64,000 bases of DNA from contig OZ220089.1 in assembly GCA_964291625.2 (NCBI GenBank), positions 1,344,001-1,408,000 on the forward strand, in the 5' to 3' direction. This DNA comes from Candidatus Latescibacterota bacterium. GTDB lineage: Bacteria > Latescibacterota > UBA2968 > UBA8231. The translations under genes were made by a program, and so were the position numbers. The notes under the pieces were generated by a model that was given only the letters and a program-made list of their open reading frames with translations, ran no database searches and was not told the origin of the DNA. This document shows positions 38,367 through 48,224 of this stretch, piece by piece; positions within the stretch are counted from its first letter, which is position 1, and each line of letters begins with the position of its first letter.

Positions 38367-39965
38367 ATGCTTCGTCTTGTCGCCGTTCTCTTTCTTGGCT
38401 CAGTTGCCGCGGCTGATGACGCTAGTCCGATTACACATGAGCGACCGCTGTCAATCGGTGAGCATTCTGCTGTTTGGGTAGACTCCTCAGTCTACGAAGC
38501 TCGGGTGACTACTCGAATAACCTTGCTGTTTGATGGTGACCTTCGTCTCAGGGTGTTCTCGTGGAGGCCTCCTGATCCAATCTCTATCGAGCCCTCGGAG
38601 ATCCGGTTTGAGGATCTGGTCGAGGGGGACACGTTGAGTTTTGCCTTCATCACTCGTCTGGAGGAGAGGGGTCTTTGGGCATTTCGTGCAAATTGGTACT
38701 TCCAGCCCGCTCCTTGGGTGAATGTTGACGAGGAAGGGGAACTACCCCTTTTGACACAGAGCAGCTATCAGTTCTATGTAGGCACGAGGAATGGGGCAGT
38801 TGCGGCCGGGTTCTACGGATGGGCGTTGGACCTTCCTCCCGATCCTCCTCCGCCATCCGATCCTCCAGGCCCCTTGAAGGAGGAGTATCGAGACAAGCCT
38901 CCCTGCTACATTGGGATTGAGTTGGACGTTGGCGAGGAGTGCACCGGAACTGATTGGCTGATCAGAAACGCCTATACAGAGCATCCTGAACATGGTCCCA
39001 CTCTATTGGTGTGTGTCTACCGAGGAGAGACCAATCTTGGTCCGTGTGGCGTGATCTTGGGGAGCGAGTTGCCGAGGGACTCGGTGACGTTACGTCACGC
39101 TCTTAGAATCTCTCGGGAAGGCAAGGTGTGGACGTTGGTTGAGATCGTTGACCCTAATTGGGTTCTGCGAGAGGATGAGCTGCAAACCCGGTCGATTCCC
39201 ACGACCCTGAAGAAGGTCGGCGGCGATGCCCAGCAAGGTCCGAGCGGGAAGCTCCTGGCCGAGCCCCTCGTGGTCTCGGTGAAGGACCAGAACAGGCAGC
39301 CCTTGCCCGGCGTCGTGGTCACCTTCGCCGTTGCCGGCGAGGGCGGGACCCTGTCGGCCGTGAGCGACACGACCGACGCCGAGGGCCTGGCAGTGACCGC
39401 CCTGACCCTGGGCGAGGAACTCGGAACCTATACCGTCGTCGCCACGGTGGCAGATCTCGAGCCGGTGACTTTCACCATCACGGCCAAGGCCAGCCCAGAC
39501 TTCGACGGCGACGGCGAGGTCGGGTTTGAGGACTTCTTCCTCTTCGCCGGGTCCTTCGGCGGCAGCGATCCCCGGTTCGATCTGGATGCCAGCGGCGTGG
39601 TGGACCTCGCCGACTTCTTCCTCTTCGCCGAGAGCTTCGGCCAGCCACAGCGGGCCAAGCTGGTGGCCTTGGCCCGGGAGCGGCTCGGCCTGCCGCAGCT
39701 GCAGCAGAGCGCGCCCAACCCCTTCAACAGCGGCACCGTCATCTCCTGGTTCCAGCTGCTGCCGGGGTCAGCGCGCCTGGAGGTGTTCGCGCTGACGGGC
39801 CAGCGGATGGCGGTGCTGCACGAGGGCCCGAAGGAGGCAGGGTTGCACCGCCTGCGCTGGGACGGGAGGGATGAGCGTGGCCGCTCCCTGGCCAGCGGGG
39901 TCTACGTCTACCGGCTGGTGACGAGGGACGCCGTCCAGACGCGCAAGCTCACCCTGCTGCGGTAA
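38367..39965 (+). CDS. Secreted protein: unknown low-GC N-domain + Big_1-like Ig + dockerin/EF-hand-like repeats + FlgD/T9SS-like CTD
   Basis: Signal MLRLVAVLFLGSVAAA; GDAQQG..PLVVSVKDQN..TTDAEG; DFDGDGEVGFEDF; PNPFNS..WDGRDERG..ASGVYVYRL. Confidence 0.8.
   Translation: MLRLVAVLFLGSVAAADDASPITHERPLSIGEHSAVWVDSSVYEARVTTRITLLFDGDLRLRVFSWRPPDPISIEPSEIRFEDLVEGDTLSFAFITRLEERGLWAFRANWYFQPAPWVNVDEEGELPLLTQSSYQFYVGTRNGAVAAGFYGWALDLPPDPPPPSDPPGPLKEEYRDKPPCYIGIELDVGEECTGTDWLIRNAYTEHPEHGPTLLVCVYRGETNLGPCGVILGSELPRDSVTLRHALRISREGKVWTLVEIVDPNWVLREDELQTRSIPTTLKKVGGDAQQGPSGKLLAEPLVVSVKDQNRQPLPGVVVTFAVAGEGGTLSAVSDTTDAEGLAVTALTLGEELGTYTVVATVADLEPVTFTITAKASPDFDGDGEVGFEDFFLFAGSFGGSDPRFDLDASGVVDLADFFLFAESFGQPQRAKLVALARERLGLPQLQQSAPNPFNSGTVISWFQLLPGSARLEVFALTGQRMAVLHEGPKEAGLHRLRWDGRDERGRSLASGVYVYRLVTRDAVQTRKLTLLR
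39495..39965 (+). repeat. Constant 3' cassette, copy 1 (EF-hand-like + CTD)
   Basis: Highly similar at DNA level to 41218-41697; copy 2 has an extra 9 bp (CCCGACGGC). Confidence 0.9.
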
Positions 39966-40041
39966 GGGCCCCCGATGGAGAAGCCCACAACACCCGGCCC
40001 GGACGGCCGGTCCTGCGAGACCTGCTACTAGTGACATATCC

Positions 40042-41697
40042 ATGAGAGCTCTGATGATCCTGCTGGGGGCTTGGCCGAGTCTGGCCCTGTCGACTCCCCC
40101 TTCTTTGATTGCCAAATACGGATGGGTCACGCCCAAAGCGACCTTCGAGGGCCGACTCCTGAGGGTCCTGAACGACGGAATCGTCGTGACCGTTCAGGAT
40201 GCCTGGAGCTTCGGAGAGCCCTCTGCCGATCGAAGGATCCTGAGGTATTGGGATCTTGAGTTCGGCATGACGGACACACTCGATCTGCTTCCTCTCATAC
40301 AAGGCCAGTACTCGCGTCTTGCCATGTCACCAGACGGGGAGCTCCTGGCCGTGATGTTTGACGACTCCGTCAACGTGTCGATCCTCCGTCTTGACACGGG
40401 AGAGGTCGTATCGTCCTTCCTGGATGACCAAGCCAAGCCCGATCGACAGCGGCACATGGAATTCTCTGATGGCGGTCGCATGCTTGCCCTGAACAACAAG
40501 ACCCGAGGTGTCAATTACTGGCGTGTTTCCGATGGGGCACTCGCAGAAGTCCGGCACAACACCTCCATCTCCAGCTCGGTGGCCGTGTCTCCTGATTGGC
40601 GAACATTTTCCTACACAAACGGAGTGCAGATCTTCCTGGTTGACAGGAAGGATAGCCTTTGGACCGTGAAGCTACATACGGACACGCGGAGGGATTTTAC
40701 CCGACGATTCGCTGGCGGCCACGAACTTGACGTCGGAAGAATCAACTACTTCCCTGACGGTCTGTTACTTGCTGGATCTCAGCAAGACTTCGCTGATTAT
40801 ACTTGGGTGTGGGACCTCGTGCCCTTTCCACCCATCACTCTCACGTCTGCGGAGGCTGTCGTCACGGACTCCCTCGGGAATCCTGTGGAAGGGTTGAGTA
40901 TCCGTCTTACCCATGAACTTCGTGAAATCTACGACGGCGCCATGACAGACAACTTCTTCTTTCATGCCGTTACGGATGAGAACGGCCGTGTTCCCCTGAT
41001 TGTCCCTATCGACAGCTCCTATGACGTTGAGACCTTCTACCGGTGGGAGGATTCGGGAATAGACTGGACCTCGCTTGGATCTCATCTCTACACCACCAGA
41101 TGGCGGGGAATCCCCCTGAAACGTGACACCCCATTCACCTTGAACCTGTCTCTTGTTGGAGGGCTCTATGGTCGAAGGCCGTGGGAGATCACCTACACGG
41201 CCACCGCTGAGGCGACGCCCGACTTCAACGGCGACGGTGTGACGGATCTCTCCGACTTCTTCCTCTTCGCCGAGGCCTTCGGGGGCACCGATCCCCGCTT
41301 CGATCTGAACGGCGACGGCTCGGTGGACCTCGCTGACTTCCTCCTCTTCGCCGAGAGCTTCGGCCAGCCGCAGCAGGCCAAGCTGGTGGCCCTGGCCCGG
41401 GAGCGGCTCGGCCTGCCCGACGGCCCGCAGCTGCAGCAGAACGCGCCCAACCCCTTCAACAGTGGAACGATCATCTCCTGGTTCCAGCTGCAGCCGGGGT
41501 CAGCGCGCCTGGAGGTCTTCGCGCTGACGGGCCAGCGGATGGCGGTGCTGCACGAGGGCCGGAAGGAGGCGGGGTCGCACCGCCTGCGCTGGGACGGCCG
41601 GGATGAGCGTGGCCGCTCCCTGGCCAGCGGAGTCTACGTCTACCGGCTGGTGACGAGGGAAGGCGTACAGACGCGCAAGCTCACCCTGCTGCGATGA
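40042..41697 (+). CDS. Secreted protein: low-GC beta-propeller-like N-domain + EF-hand-like repeats + FlgD/T9SS-like CTD
   Basis: Signal peptide; AMSPDGELLAV, EFSDGGRMLA and AVSPDW WD40-like blades; same C-terminal cassette as the upstream gene. Confidence 0.8.
   Translation: MRALMILLGAWPSLALSTPPSLIAKYGWVTPKATFEGRLLRVLNDGIVVTVQDAWSFGEPSADRRILRYWDLEFGMTDTLDLLPLIQGQYSRLAMSPDGELLAVMFDDSVNVSILRLDTGEVVSSFLDDQAKPDRQRHMEFSDGGRMLALNNKTRGVNYWRVSDGALAEVRHNTSISSSVAVSPDWRTFSYTNGVQIFLVDRKDSLWTVKLHTDTRRDFTRRFAGGHELDVGRINYFPDGLLLAGSQQDFADYTWVWDLVPFPPITLTSAEAVVTDSLGNPVEGLSIRLTHELREIYDGAMTDNFFFHAVTDENGRVPLIVPIDSSYDVETFYRWEDSGIDWTSLGSHLYTTRWRGIPLKRDTPFTLNLSLVGGLYGRRPWEITYTATAEATPDFNGDGVTDLSDFFLFAEAFGGTDPRFDLNGDGSVDLADFLLFAESFGQPQQAKLVALARERLGLPDGPQLQQNAPNPFNSGTIISWFQLQPGSARLEVFALTGQRMAVLHEGRKEAGSHRLRWDGRDERGRSLASGVYVYRLVTREGVQTRKLTLLR
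41218..41697 (+). repeat. Constant 3' cassette, copy 2
   Basis: Highly similar to 39495-39965. Confidence 0.9.
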
Positions 41698-41766
41698 GCC
41701 GATGCCTGGCTGGTGAAGGTCAGAAACTCAATGCCCACTCTTCACGCTAGAACCAGAGGACCAGCG

Positions 41767-43086
41767 ATGGGTCGCCTGCTGCCGCCGCTACTGGGCGCCG
41801 GGTGCCTCCTCTCAGGCTGCCAGAGCGAGGACCGGATCGTCGTTCAGCTCACTGTCGATCCCATCGAGGATCAGATCCTGGACACCGGGGACGAGGTGCA
41901 GCTGACGGTGAGCCTCAGCGGAGGGCCGGGAGACCACTTCCTGCATGCCTACTCCAGCGACACCACGGTGGTCGCGGTATCCGTGAGCGAAGGCGTTCTC
42001 ACTCTCACCGGGGTCGAGACGGGGACCGCCACCGTCACCGTTTCCGTCTCCGCCCCCACCGGGAGGCGGCTGCACGCGGCGGTCTTCCGGGTCACCGTCG
42101 ATTCTGAACTCCAGAGGGCCGCCCGCGAGCGCGAGGTCCTGGCCGCTTTCCATCACGCCACCGGCGGCCCCGACTGGAAGGAGGCCGCGAACTGGTTGAC
42201 CGACGACCTGGAGAGCTGGCACGGAGTCACCGTCGCAGACGGACGGGTCAAGTCCCTCATTCTCGAAGAGAACAATCTGAAGGGTGCTGTTGGCGAGGCC
42301 CTCGGGATCCTCGGCCGCCTCGATCAGCTGGAGGCAGCCCTGTTCGCTTCCAACGGACTCAGCGGAGAGATACCGGACACCCTGGCCGGCCTGCAGTCGT
42401 TGCGGTTCCTGGATCTCCGCGACAACGACCTGAGAGGCCCGATCCCGGAGGCCCTCGGCCGCCTGGACAGCCTGCAGGGGCTGAACCTCCCGGGCAACGA
42501 CCTGAACGGACCCATCCCCGGAGCCCTCGGCCGCCTCTCCGACCTCGCCCACCTGAGCCTGGCCGACAACGATCTGAGCGGACCCATCCCCGCGGCCCTG
42601 GGGGACTTGTCCAGCCTCACCTTCCTTCGGCTGGACGGCAACGACCTCACGGGCCCCATCCCCGAGGCCCTGGGCGGCCTGTCCCGCCTCGGGCACCTGG
42701 GCCTGGCGAAGAACGATCTGAGCGGGCCCATTCCGGAGGCCCTGGCCCGCCTGTCCAACCTCAGCGGCCTCTTCCTCCAGGACAACGATCTCAGCGGCGA
42801 GATTCCCGAGGCCCTGGGCCGCCTCTCCAACCTCGTCTTCCTCAACCTGTCCCACTGCGATCTCTCGGGAGGGGTCCCCGACACCCTGGGCACCCTCTCC
42901 CGGCTGTGGACCCTCGATCTCTCCGTCAACCCGCAACTGACCGGCCCTCTTGCCCCGAGCCTTACGGAGCTGTCGGATCTCAAGTACATCGACTTCCGCG
43001 GCACCGGGCTCTGCTCGCCGGCAGACGCCGCCTTCCAGGAGTGGCTCGAAGGCGTTCCCCAAGCCCATGGCCAGGTCTGCGAATGA
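41767..43086 (+). CDS. Lipoprotein with an Ig-like domain and plant-type 24-aa leucine-rich repeats
   Basis: Lipobox LLSGC; N-cap ATGGPDW..NWL..WHGVT; about 9-10 repeats of LxLxxNDLSGPIPEALGRL. Confidence 0.9.
   Translation: MGRLLPPLLGAGCLLSGCQSEDRIVVQLTVDPIEDQILDTGDEVQLTVSLSGGPGDHFLHAYSSDTTVVAVSVSEGVLTLTGVETGTATVTVSVSAPTGRRLHAAVFRVTVDSELQRAAREREVLAAFHHATGGPDWKEAANWLTDDLESWHGVTVADGRVKSLILEENNLKGAVGEALGILGRLDQLEAALFASNGLSGEIPDTLAGLQSLRFLDLRDNDLRGPIPEALGRLDSLQGLNLPGNDLNGPIPGALGRLSDLAHLSLADNDLSGPIPAALGDLSSLTFLRLDGNDLTGPIPEALGGLSRLGHLGLAKNDLSGPIPEALARLSNLSGLFLQDNDLSGEIPEALGRLSNLVFLNLSHCDLSGGVPDTLGTLSRLWTLDLSVNPQLTGPLAPSLTELSDLKYIDFRGTGLCSPADAAFQEWLEGVPQAHGQVCE
42320..42960 (+). repeat. 72-bp-period coding tandem repeat (LRR)
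   Basis: Recurring AACGA(C/T)CT..GG.CC.AT.CC.GAGGCCCT.GGC every 72 bp. Confidence 0.85.
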
Positions 43087-44495
43087 TGCGATCCGACCGC
43101 CCCAACATCCTCTTCGTCATGTCCGACGACCACGCCTCCCACGCCATGAGTTGCTACGGGAGCCGCATCAACCGCACGCCCAACCTCGACCGCATCGCCG
43201 ACGAGGGCATGCGCTTCGACAACTGCTTCTGCACCAACGGCATCTGCACACCCAGCCGGGCCGCCATCCTCACCGGCACCTACAACCACGTCAACGGCGT
43301 CACCACCCTGTCGACGCACATGGACAACCGCCTGACCACCTACCCGAAGCTGCTGCGGGAGGCCGGCTACCAGACGGCGATCTTCGGCAAGTGGCACCTC
43401 GGGCAGGGGCCGGCCCACGAGCCGGCGGGGTTCGACGACTGGTGCGTGCTGCCGGGGCAGGGCCTCTACCACAGCCCGGTGATGATCGATCCGGGGGGAA
43501 AGCGCGTGCACGTGGGCTACGTGACCGACGTGATCACCGACATGTCCCTGCGGTGGCTGCGGAACCGTGACCGCTCGCGGCCCTTCGCCCTCATGGTGCA
43601 CCACAAGGCGCCCCACCGCGAGTGGGAGCCGGACGCCACCCACGCGCAGATGTACGAGGACGAGGAGATCCCCGAGCCCGAGACCTTCGACGACGACTAC
43701 CGGAACCGCTCGGCCGCGGCGGCGGCGGCGCGCATGCGCATGGAGGACCTGCAGTGGAAGGACCTGAAGGCCGACGTCCCCTCCGGCCTGTCGCCGGCCG
43801 AGGAGAGGAGCTGGCGCTACCAGCGCTACATCAAGGACTACCTGCGGGTGGTGGCCGCCGTCGACGACAACGTGGGCCGCCTCCTCGACTACCTCGACCG
43901 GGAGGGGCTGGCCGAGGACACCCTCGTCATCTACACCTCCGACCAGGGCTTCTTCCTCGGCGACCACGGCTGGTTCGACAAGCGCTTCATGTACGAGGAG
44001 TCCCTGCGCATGCCCTTCGTGGCCCGCCTGCCCCGGGAGGTGAAGGCGGGCACCACCTGCGACGAGTTCGTCCTCAACGTCGACTTCGCCCCCCTCTTCC
44101 TCGACCTGGCGGGGGTGGCGATCCCCGACGAGTTCCAGGGCCGCTCCTTCCGGCCGCTGCTGCACGGCGAGACGCCCCCCGACTGGCAGCGGTCGATGTA
44201 CTACCGCTACTGGATGCACGGCGACGGCAACCACAACGTCTACGCCCACTACGGCGTGCGCACCCACCGCCACAAGCTGATCCACTTCTACAACGACGGC
44301 TGCGGCCAGCCGGGCAGCGGCGACGAGCGCCACCCGCCGGAGTGGGAACTCTTCGACCTGCAGGCCGACCGCAACGAGCTGCGCAGCCTCTACCACGACG
44401 AGTCCCAGGCCGCCGTGCGGCGGGAGCTGACGGCGGAGCTGCACCGGCTTCAGGAGGCGGTGGGGGATGAGCGGTATGCGCTCGACGACGGATAG
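43083..44495 (+). CDS. Cys-type sulfatase
   Basis: RPNILFVMSDDH, CTPSRAAILTG, GKWHLG, YTSDQGFFLGDHG. Confidence 0.95.
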   Translation: MMRSDRPNILFVMSDDHASHAMSCYGSRINRTPNLDRIADEGMRFDNCFCTNGICTPSRAAILTGTYNHVNGVTTLSTHMDNRLTTYPKLLREAGYQTAIFGKWHLGQGPAHEPAGFDDWCVLPGQGLYHSPVMIDPGGKRVHVGYVTDVITDMSLRWLRNRDRSRPFALMVHHKAPHREWEPDATHAQMYEDEEIPEPETFDDDYRNRSAAAAAARMRMEDLQWKDLKADVPSGLSPAEERSWRYQRYIKDYLRVVAAVDDNVGRLLDYLDREGLAEDTLVIYTSDQGFFLGDHGWFDKRFMYEESLRMPFVARLPREVKAGTTCDEFVLNVDFAPLFLDLAGVAIPDEFQGRSFRPLLHGETPPDWQRSMYYRYWMHGDGNHNVYAHYGVRTHRHKLIHFYNDGCGQPGSGDERHPPEWELFDLQADRNELRSLYHDESQAAVRRELTAELHRLQEAVGDERYALDDG

Positions 44496-44504
44496 CCGCG
44501 GGGG

Positions 44505-46625
44505 CTACCCGAGGCGGACGGCGCGCAGCTTGTTGTTCCAGTGGTCGCAGATGAGCAGCAGGTCGTCCCGGTAGAGGCGCAGCCCGCAGGGGTGGTTGAG
44601 CCGGGCCCGGGTCGCAGGTCCCCCGTCGCCGACATCACCCCCGTCTCCGCAGCCGGCCAGGGTGCGCAGGACCCCGTCGGGGCCGGCGACGCGCACCCGG
44701 AAGTTCTCCGTATCCGAGACGTAGAGCGTGCCCCCGTCGGGGCTGACCTCCAGGCCCCGGGGGCGGCCGAGGCGGGCCTCGCGCGCGGGTGTCCCGTCGG
44801 CGGAGAAGCCCCCGGTGCCGCAACCGAGGACGGTCTCGATCCGGCCCGAGGCGGCGTCGACGCGGCGCACGACGCAGGCGGCGCTGTCCACGAAGAACAG
44901 GTTCCCGGCGCCGTCGAAGCGCAGGGACTCGGGCCGCCCGATGCGGGCCTGACGGGCCGGGCCGCCGTCCCCGGTGCAGCCGTCGAGACCGTTGCCGGCA
45001 ACGGTGGTGATGATCCCGGTCTCGGCGTCGACCCTGCGGATCCGGTGGGCCCCGGCGTCGGCGATCCAGATGTCGCCCCGGGGGCCGTGCTCGACGGCGG
45101 CGGGCGAGATCAGGCAGGCATTGATCGACGGCCCGCCGTCTCCGAGGTCCCAGGGAGAGCCGGTCCCGGCGAGGTTGTGGATCACGCCGTCGCCGTCGAC
45201 GCGGCGCACGTGGCTGTGGCGGGTGTCGGCGATGAGCACGTCGCCGCCGGGGCCGACCGAGACGTCGGCGGGGTTGCCGAGGAAGGCCTCGGTCGCGGGC
45301 CCTCCGTCTCCCCCGTAGGCGCGCGCGCCCTCGCCGGCGACGGTGCGGATGACGCCGGTGCCGGCGTCGATGGCGCGCACCCGCTGGTTCCACGTGTCGG
45401 CCACGTAGATGTCGCCGTTGCCGGCCACGGAGAGGCCGCAGGGCCCCCGCAGGAAGGCCGCCGCGGCGGGGCCGCCATCGTGGATCGAGGTGCCCCCGAG
45501 AGCCGTGGTGACGATGCCGGTGCGGCCGTCGCACCGCCGCAGGCGGCCCGAGGAGTCCCCCCAGAACACGGTGCCGTCGGGGTCGGCCCACAGGCCGGCC
45601 TCCACGGAGTTGATGCGGCTCTCGGGCCCCGGCAGCCTCTCCTCGCCCCAGCCCGGCCGGCCGTTGCCGGCCACGGTGGAGACGCGGCCCGTCCCCGCAT
45701 CGACCCGCCGCACCCGGAAGCCGTACTTCTCGCCCACGTACATGTTGTCATGGACGTCGAAGAACAGGGCGTCCGGCATCAGCACGGCCGCGTCGGGGCC
45801 GAGCTCGCCGTCACCGCTGGAGGCCCGCAGGCCGTTGCCGAGAACGGTGCTGACGAGACCCGTGGTCATGTCGATCCTGCGGATGCGGTCGTTCGAGTTG
45901 TCGCAGACGTACAGGTCGCCCTTCGAGTCGAAGGCGAGATGCTCCGGATGGTGGAAGCCGGCCTGCTCCTTGGGGCCGCCGTCCCCGGAGTAGCCCCCGA
46001 GGCTGAGCCACGGCCCCGAGAAGGGGCGGCTGGAACCGAGCTCGAGGCCGTGATGCCGGGCCTCGAGGCCGGCGAAGTGGTCGATGACGCCGGTGCGGGC
46101 ATCGATGCGGCGGACCACGTTCGACCACTCGCAGGAGAGGTAGACGTTGCCGTCGTCGTCGACGGCGATGCCGGAGTCGTTGTCGATCTCGCACTCCAGG
46201 GCCGGGCCGCCGTTGCCGCCCCAGCCGACGCGGCCGGAGCCGGCGACGCGGGTGATGATCCCGGTGTCGATGTCGATGCGGCGTACGGCGCGGTTGCCCA
46301 GGTCGGTCAGGTAGAGATGGCCGTGCCGGTCGCGGGTCAGGTCGTGGGGATCGTGGAAGCGGGCCCCGGCCACCGGGCCGCCGTCGCCCCGGCCCCCGGG
46401 GACGCCGTCGCCGCCGAAGAGGTGCAGCACGCCCTCGGTGTCGATGCGCCAGATGCGGTGTCCCCACATGTCCAGCACGATGAGGTCGCCGGCGGCGGTG
46501 CGCACCACCCCCTGGGGCGTACCGGCGGGCGCGTCGCGGGCGGGCACGCCGTCGAGGTAGCCGACACCGGCGACGGTGGTGATGTGGCCGGGCGACAGCC
46601 CGGCGAGCTGTCGGGACAGGCTCAT
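44505..46625 (-). CDS. NHL-repeat (teneurin-like) beta-propeller protein
   Basis: Repeated ITTVAG.G..G..GDGGPA..A....P..L..D..G; no obvious signal peptide. Confidence 0.88.
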   Translation of the reverse strand: MSLSRQLAGLSPGHITTVAGVGYLDGVPARDAPAGTPQGVVRTAAGDLIVLDMWGHRIWRIDTEGVLHLFGGDGVPGGRGDGGPVAGARFHDPHDLTRDRHGHLYLTDLGNRAVRRIDIDTGIITRVAGSGRVGWGGNGGPALECEIDNDSGIAVDDDGNVYLSCEWSNVVRRIDARTGVIDHFAGLEARHHGLELGSSRPFSGPWLSLGGYSGDGGPKEQAGFHHPEHLAFDSKGDLYVCDNSNDRIRRIDMTTGLVSTVLGNGLRASSGDGELGPDAAVLMPDALFFDVHDNMYVGEKYGFRVRRVDAGTGRVSTVAGNGRPGWGEERLPGPESRINSVEAGLWADPDGTVFWGDSSGRLRRCDGRTGIVTTALGGTSIHDGGPAAAAFLRGPCGLSVAGNGDIYVADTWNQRVRAIDAGTGVIRTVAGEGARAYGGDGGPATEAFLGNPADVSVGPGGDVLIADTRHSHVRRVDGDGVIHNLAGTGSPWDLGDGGPSINACLISPAAVEHGPRGDIWIADAGAHRIRRVDAETGIITTVAGNGLDGCTGDGGPARQARIGRPESLRFDGAGNLFFVDSAACVVRRVDAASGRIETVLGCGTGGFSADGTPAREARLGRPRGLEVSPDGGTLYVSDTENFRVRVAGPDGVLRTLAGCGDGGDVGDGGPATRARLNHPCGLRLYRDDLLLICDHWNNKLRAVRLG

Positions 46626-46861
46626 GGACGGCGCCGGACGGGTGGAGGGCGGGACGGCATGGCAGCCTGGCGAAAGCTCACGCGGTCGCCGGCCGCCGGC
46701 AAGCCGCGCCGCCGAAGACGCAGATCGCGGCGCGGCGGACTCCGGACCGACTGGCGCGCCGGCCGACCCCGTCCCACTTTCGGGCGCGGGCGGCACCCGG
46801 CCCCGGGCGATGCGGACGGCCTCGGCCGCCCCTCCCGGAACAGCCTCCAGGAGACCCGACC

Positions 46862-48205
46862 ATGGCCCGTGCTGCTCTCCCCCTCAGCTGCTCACTCCTG
46901 CTGGCCTTGCCGGCCGCGGCGGACATGACGATTCCCGGAAACACACCCAGCCCCGAGGCGGTGCGCGAGGTCGCCGAGGGCCGGCGCGCGACGGCCAACG
47001 CCGCCTGGTGGGGGTTCGACGCCAAGGACGCCACCGAGGCGCTGCAGGCCGCGATCGACTCCGGCGCCCGGCGGGTGGTCGTGCCGAAGATGGGCTCCGA
47101 CTGGATCGTCGGGCCGATCCGGCTTGCGGGGCACCAGGAGCTGTTCCTGGAGCGCGGGGTCGTGGTCACCGCCCGGCGGGGGGCGTTCCGCGGCAAGAGC
47201 GACTGCCTCTTGCTGGCCAGCGGCGTCGATGACGTGACGGTCCGCGGGTACGGCGCCACGATCCGCATGCACAAGCAGGACTACATGGACTACACGAAGC
47301 GCGAGGTCTACCCCAAGGCCGAGTGGCGCATGACCCTGTCCCTGCGCGGGGTCCACAAGGCCGTCATCGAGGGGCTGACCATCCGGGACAGCGGCGGCGA
47401 CGGGATCTACGTCAGCGGCGGCGAAGGCCGCGAATACAGCCGCGACATCACCATCCGCGACGTCGTCTGCGACAACCACTACCGGCAGGGGATCAGCGTC
47501 ATCAGCGTCGTCGGCCTCACCGTGGAGGACAGTGAATTCTCCAACACCTGGGGCACGCCGCCGTCGGCGGGCGTCGACATCGAGCCCAACGGGCCCGACG
47601 AGAAGGCGCAGGAGATCGTCTTCCGCAACTGCCTCTTCCGGGACAACTACGGCGCCGGCATCCAGGTCTACCTGCGCTTCAACGGGCCCGACGCCGACGA
47701 CGTGTCGATCCTCTTCGACCGCTGCCGGGTCACGAGCCGCATGGGCTCCGGCCTGGTCTTCGGCGCCCTGAAGGCGGCGGGCCCCGAGGGGCTGATCGAG
47801 TTCCGCGACTGCGTCGTCGAGGACGTGGCCGGCGTCGGCGCCCTGGTCTACGACAAGCATCCCGAGCGCGCCCGGGTGCGCTTCACCCGCACCCGCTGGA
47901 TCGACGTGGGCACGGGGCTGGGCAACGCCTTCGCCCGCGTCGACAGCGTCGACACACAGGCGCCGCTGCTGATCTACAACAAGCGGCCCGAGGCGATCAC
48001 GCCGGTCCACGGCGGCATCGACTTCGTCGACTGCGAGATCGTCGACGGCCGCGACCGGCCCTTCCTGTCGGCGCTCCAGAAGGAGCCGGCCGAGGGGCTC
48101 TTCGACGTGACCGGCTCGATCCGGGTGCGCAACCCCCACGGCGCCCGCATGGACCTGCAGGACGCGCGGAGCGGGGTGAGCGTGCAGGCCGTGCCTGCAG
48201 AGTAG
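46862..48205 (+). CDS. Secreted right-handed beta-helix (pectin lyase-like) protein
   Basis: Signal peptide; DATEALQAAID, SGGDGIYV, NHYRQGISVIS, AGVDIEPN. Confidence 0.85.
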   Translation: MARAALPLSCSLLLALPAAADMTIPGNTPSPEAVREVAEGRRATANAAWWGFDAKDATEALQAAIDSGARRVVVPKMGSDWIVGPIRLAGHQELFLERGVVVTARRGAFRGKSDCLLLASGVDDVTVRGYGATIRMHKQDYMDYTKREVYPKAEWRMTLSLRGVHKAVIEGLTIRDSGGDGIYVSGGEGREYSRDITIRDVVCDNHYRQGISVISVVGLTVEDSEFSNTWGTPPSAGVDIEPNGPDEKAQEIVFRNCLFRDNYGAGIQVYLRFNGPDADDVSILFDRCRVTSRMGSGLVFGALKAAGPEGLIEFRDCVVEDVAGVGALVYDKHPERARVRFTRTRWIDVGTGLGNAFARVDSVDTQAPLLIYNKRPEAITPVHGGIDFVDCEIVDGRDRPFLSALQKEPAEGLFDVTGSIRVRNPHGARMDLQDARSGVSVQAVPAE

Positions 48206-48224
48206 GGGCGGTCGAGGCAAGAGC

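Noticed and set aside
38227-41766. Integron cassette array or diversity-generating retroelement
   Set aside because: No attC-like RYYYAAC/GTTRRRY pairs recognised, no integrase or reverse transcriptase in the window, and differences between the repeats are not adenine-specific
42320-42960. Periodic DNA repeat as a non-coding array
   Set aside because: Fully explained by the 24-aa LRR coding repeats
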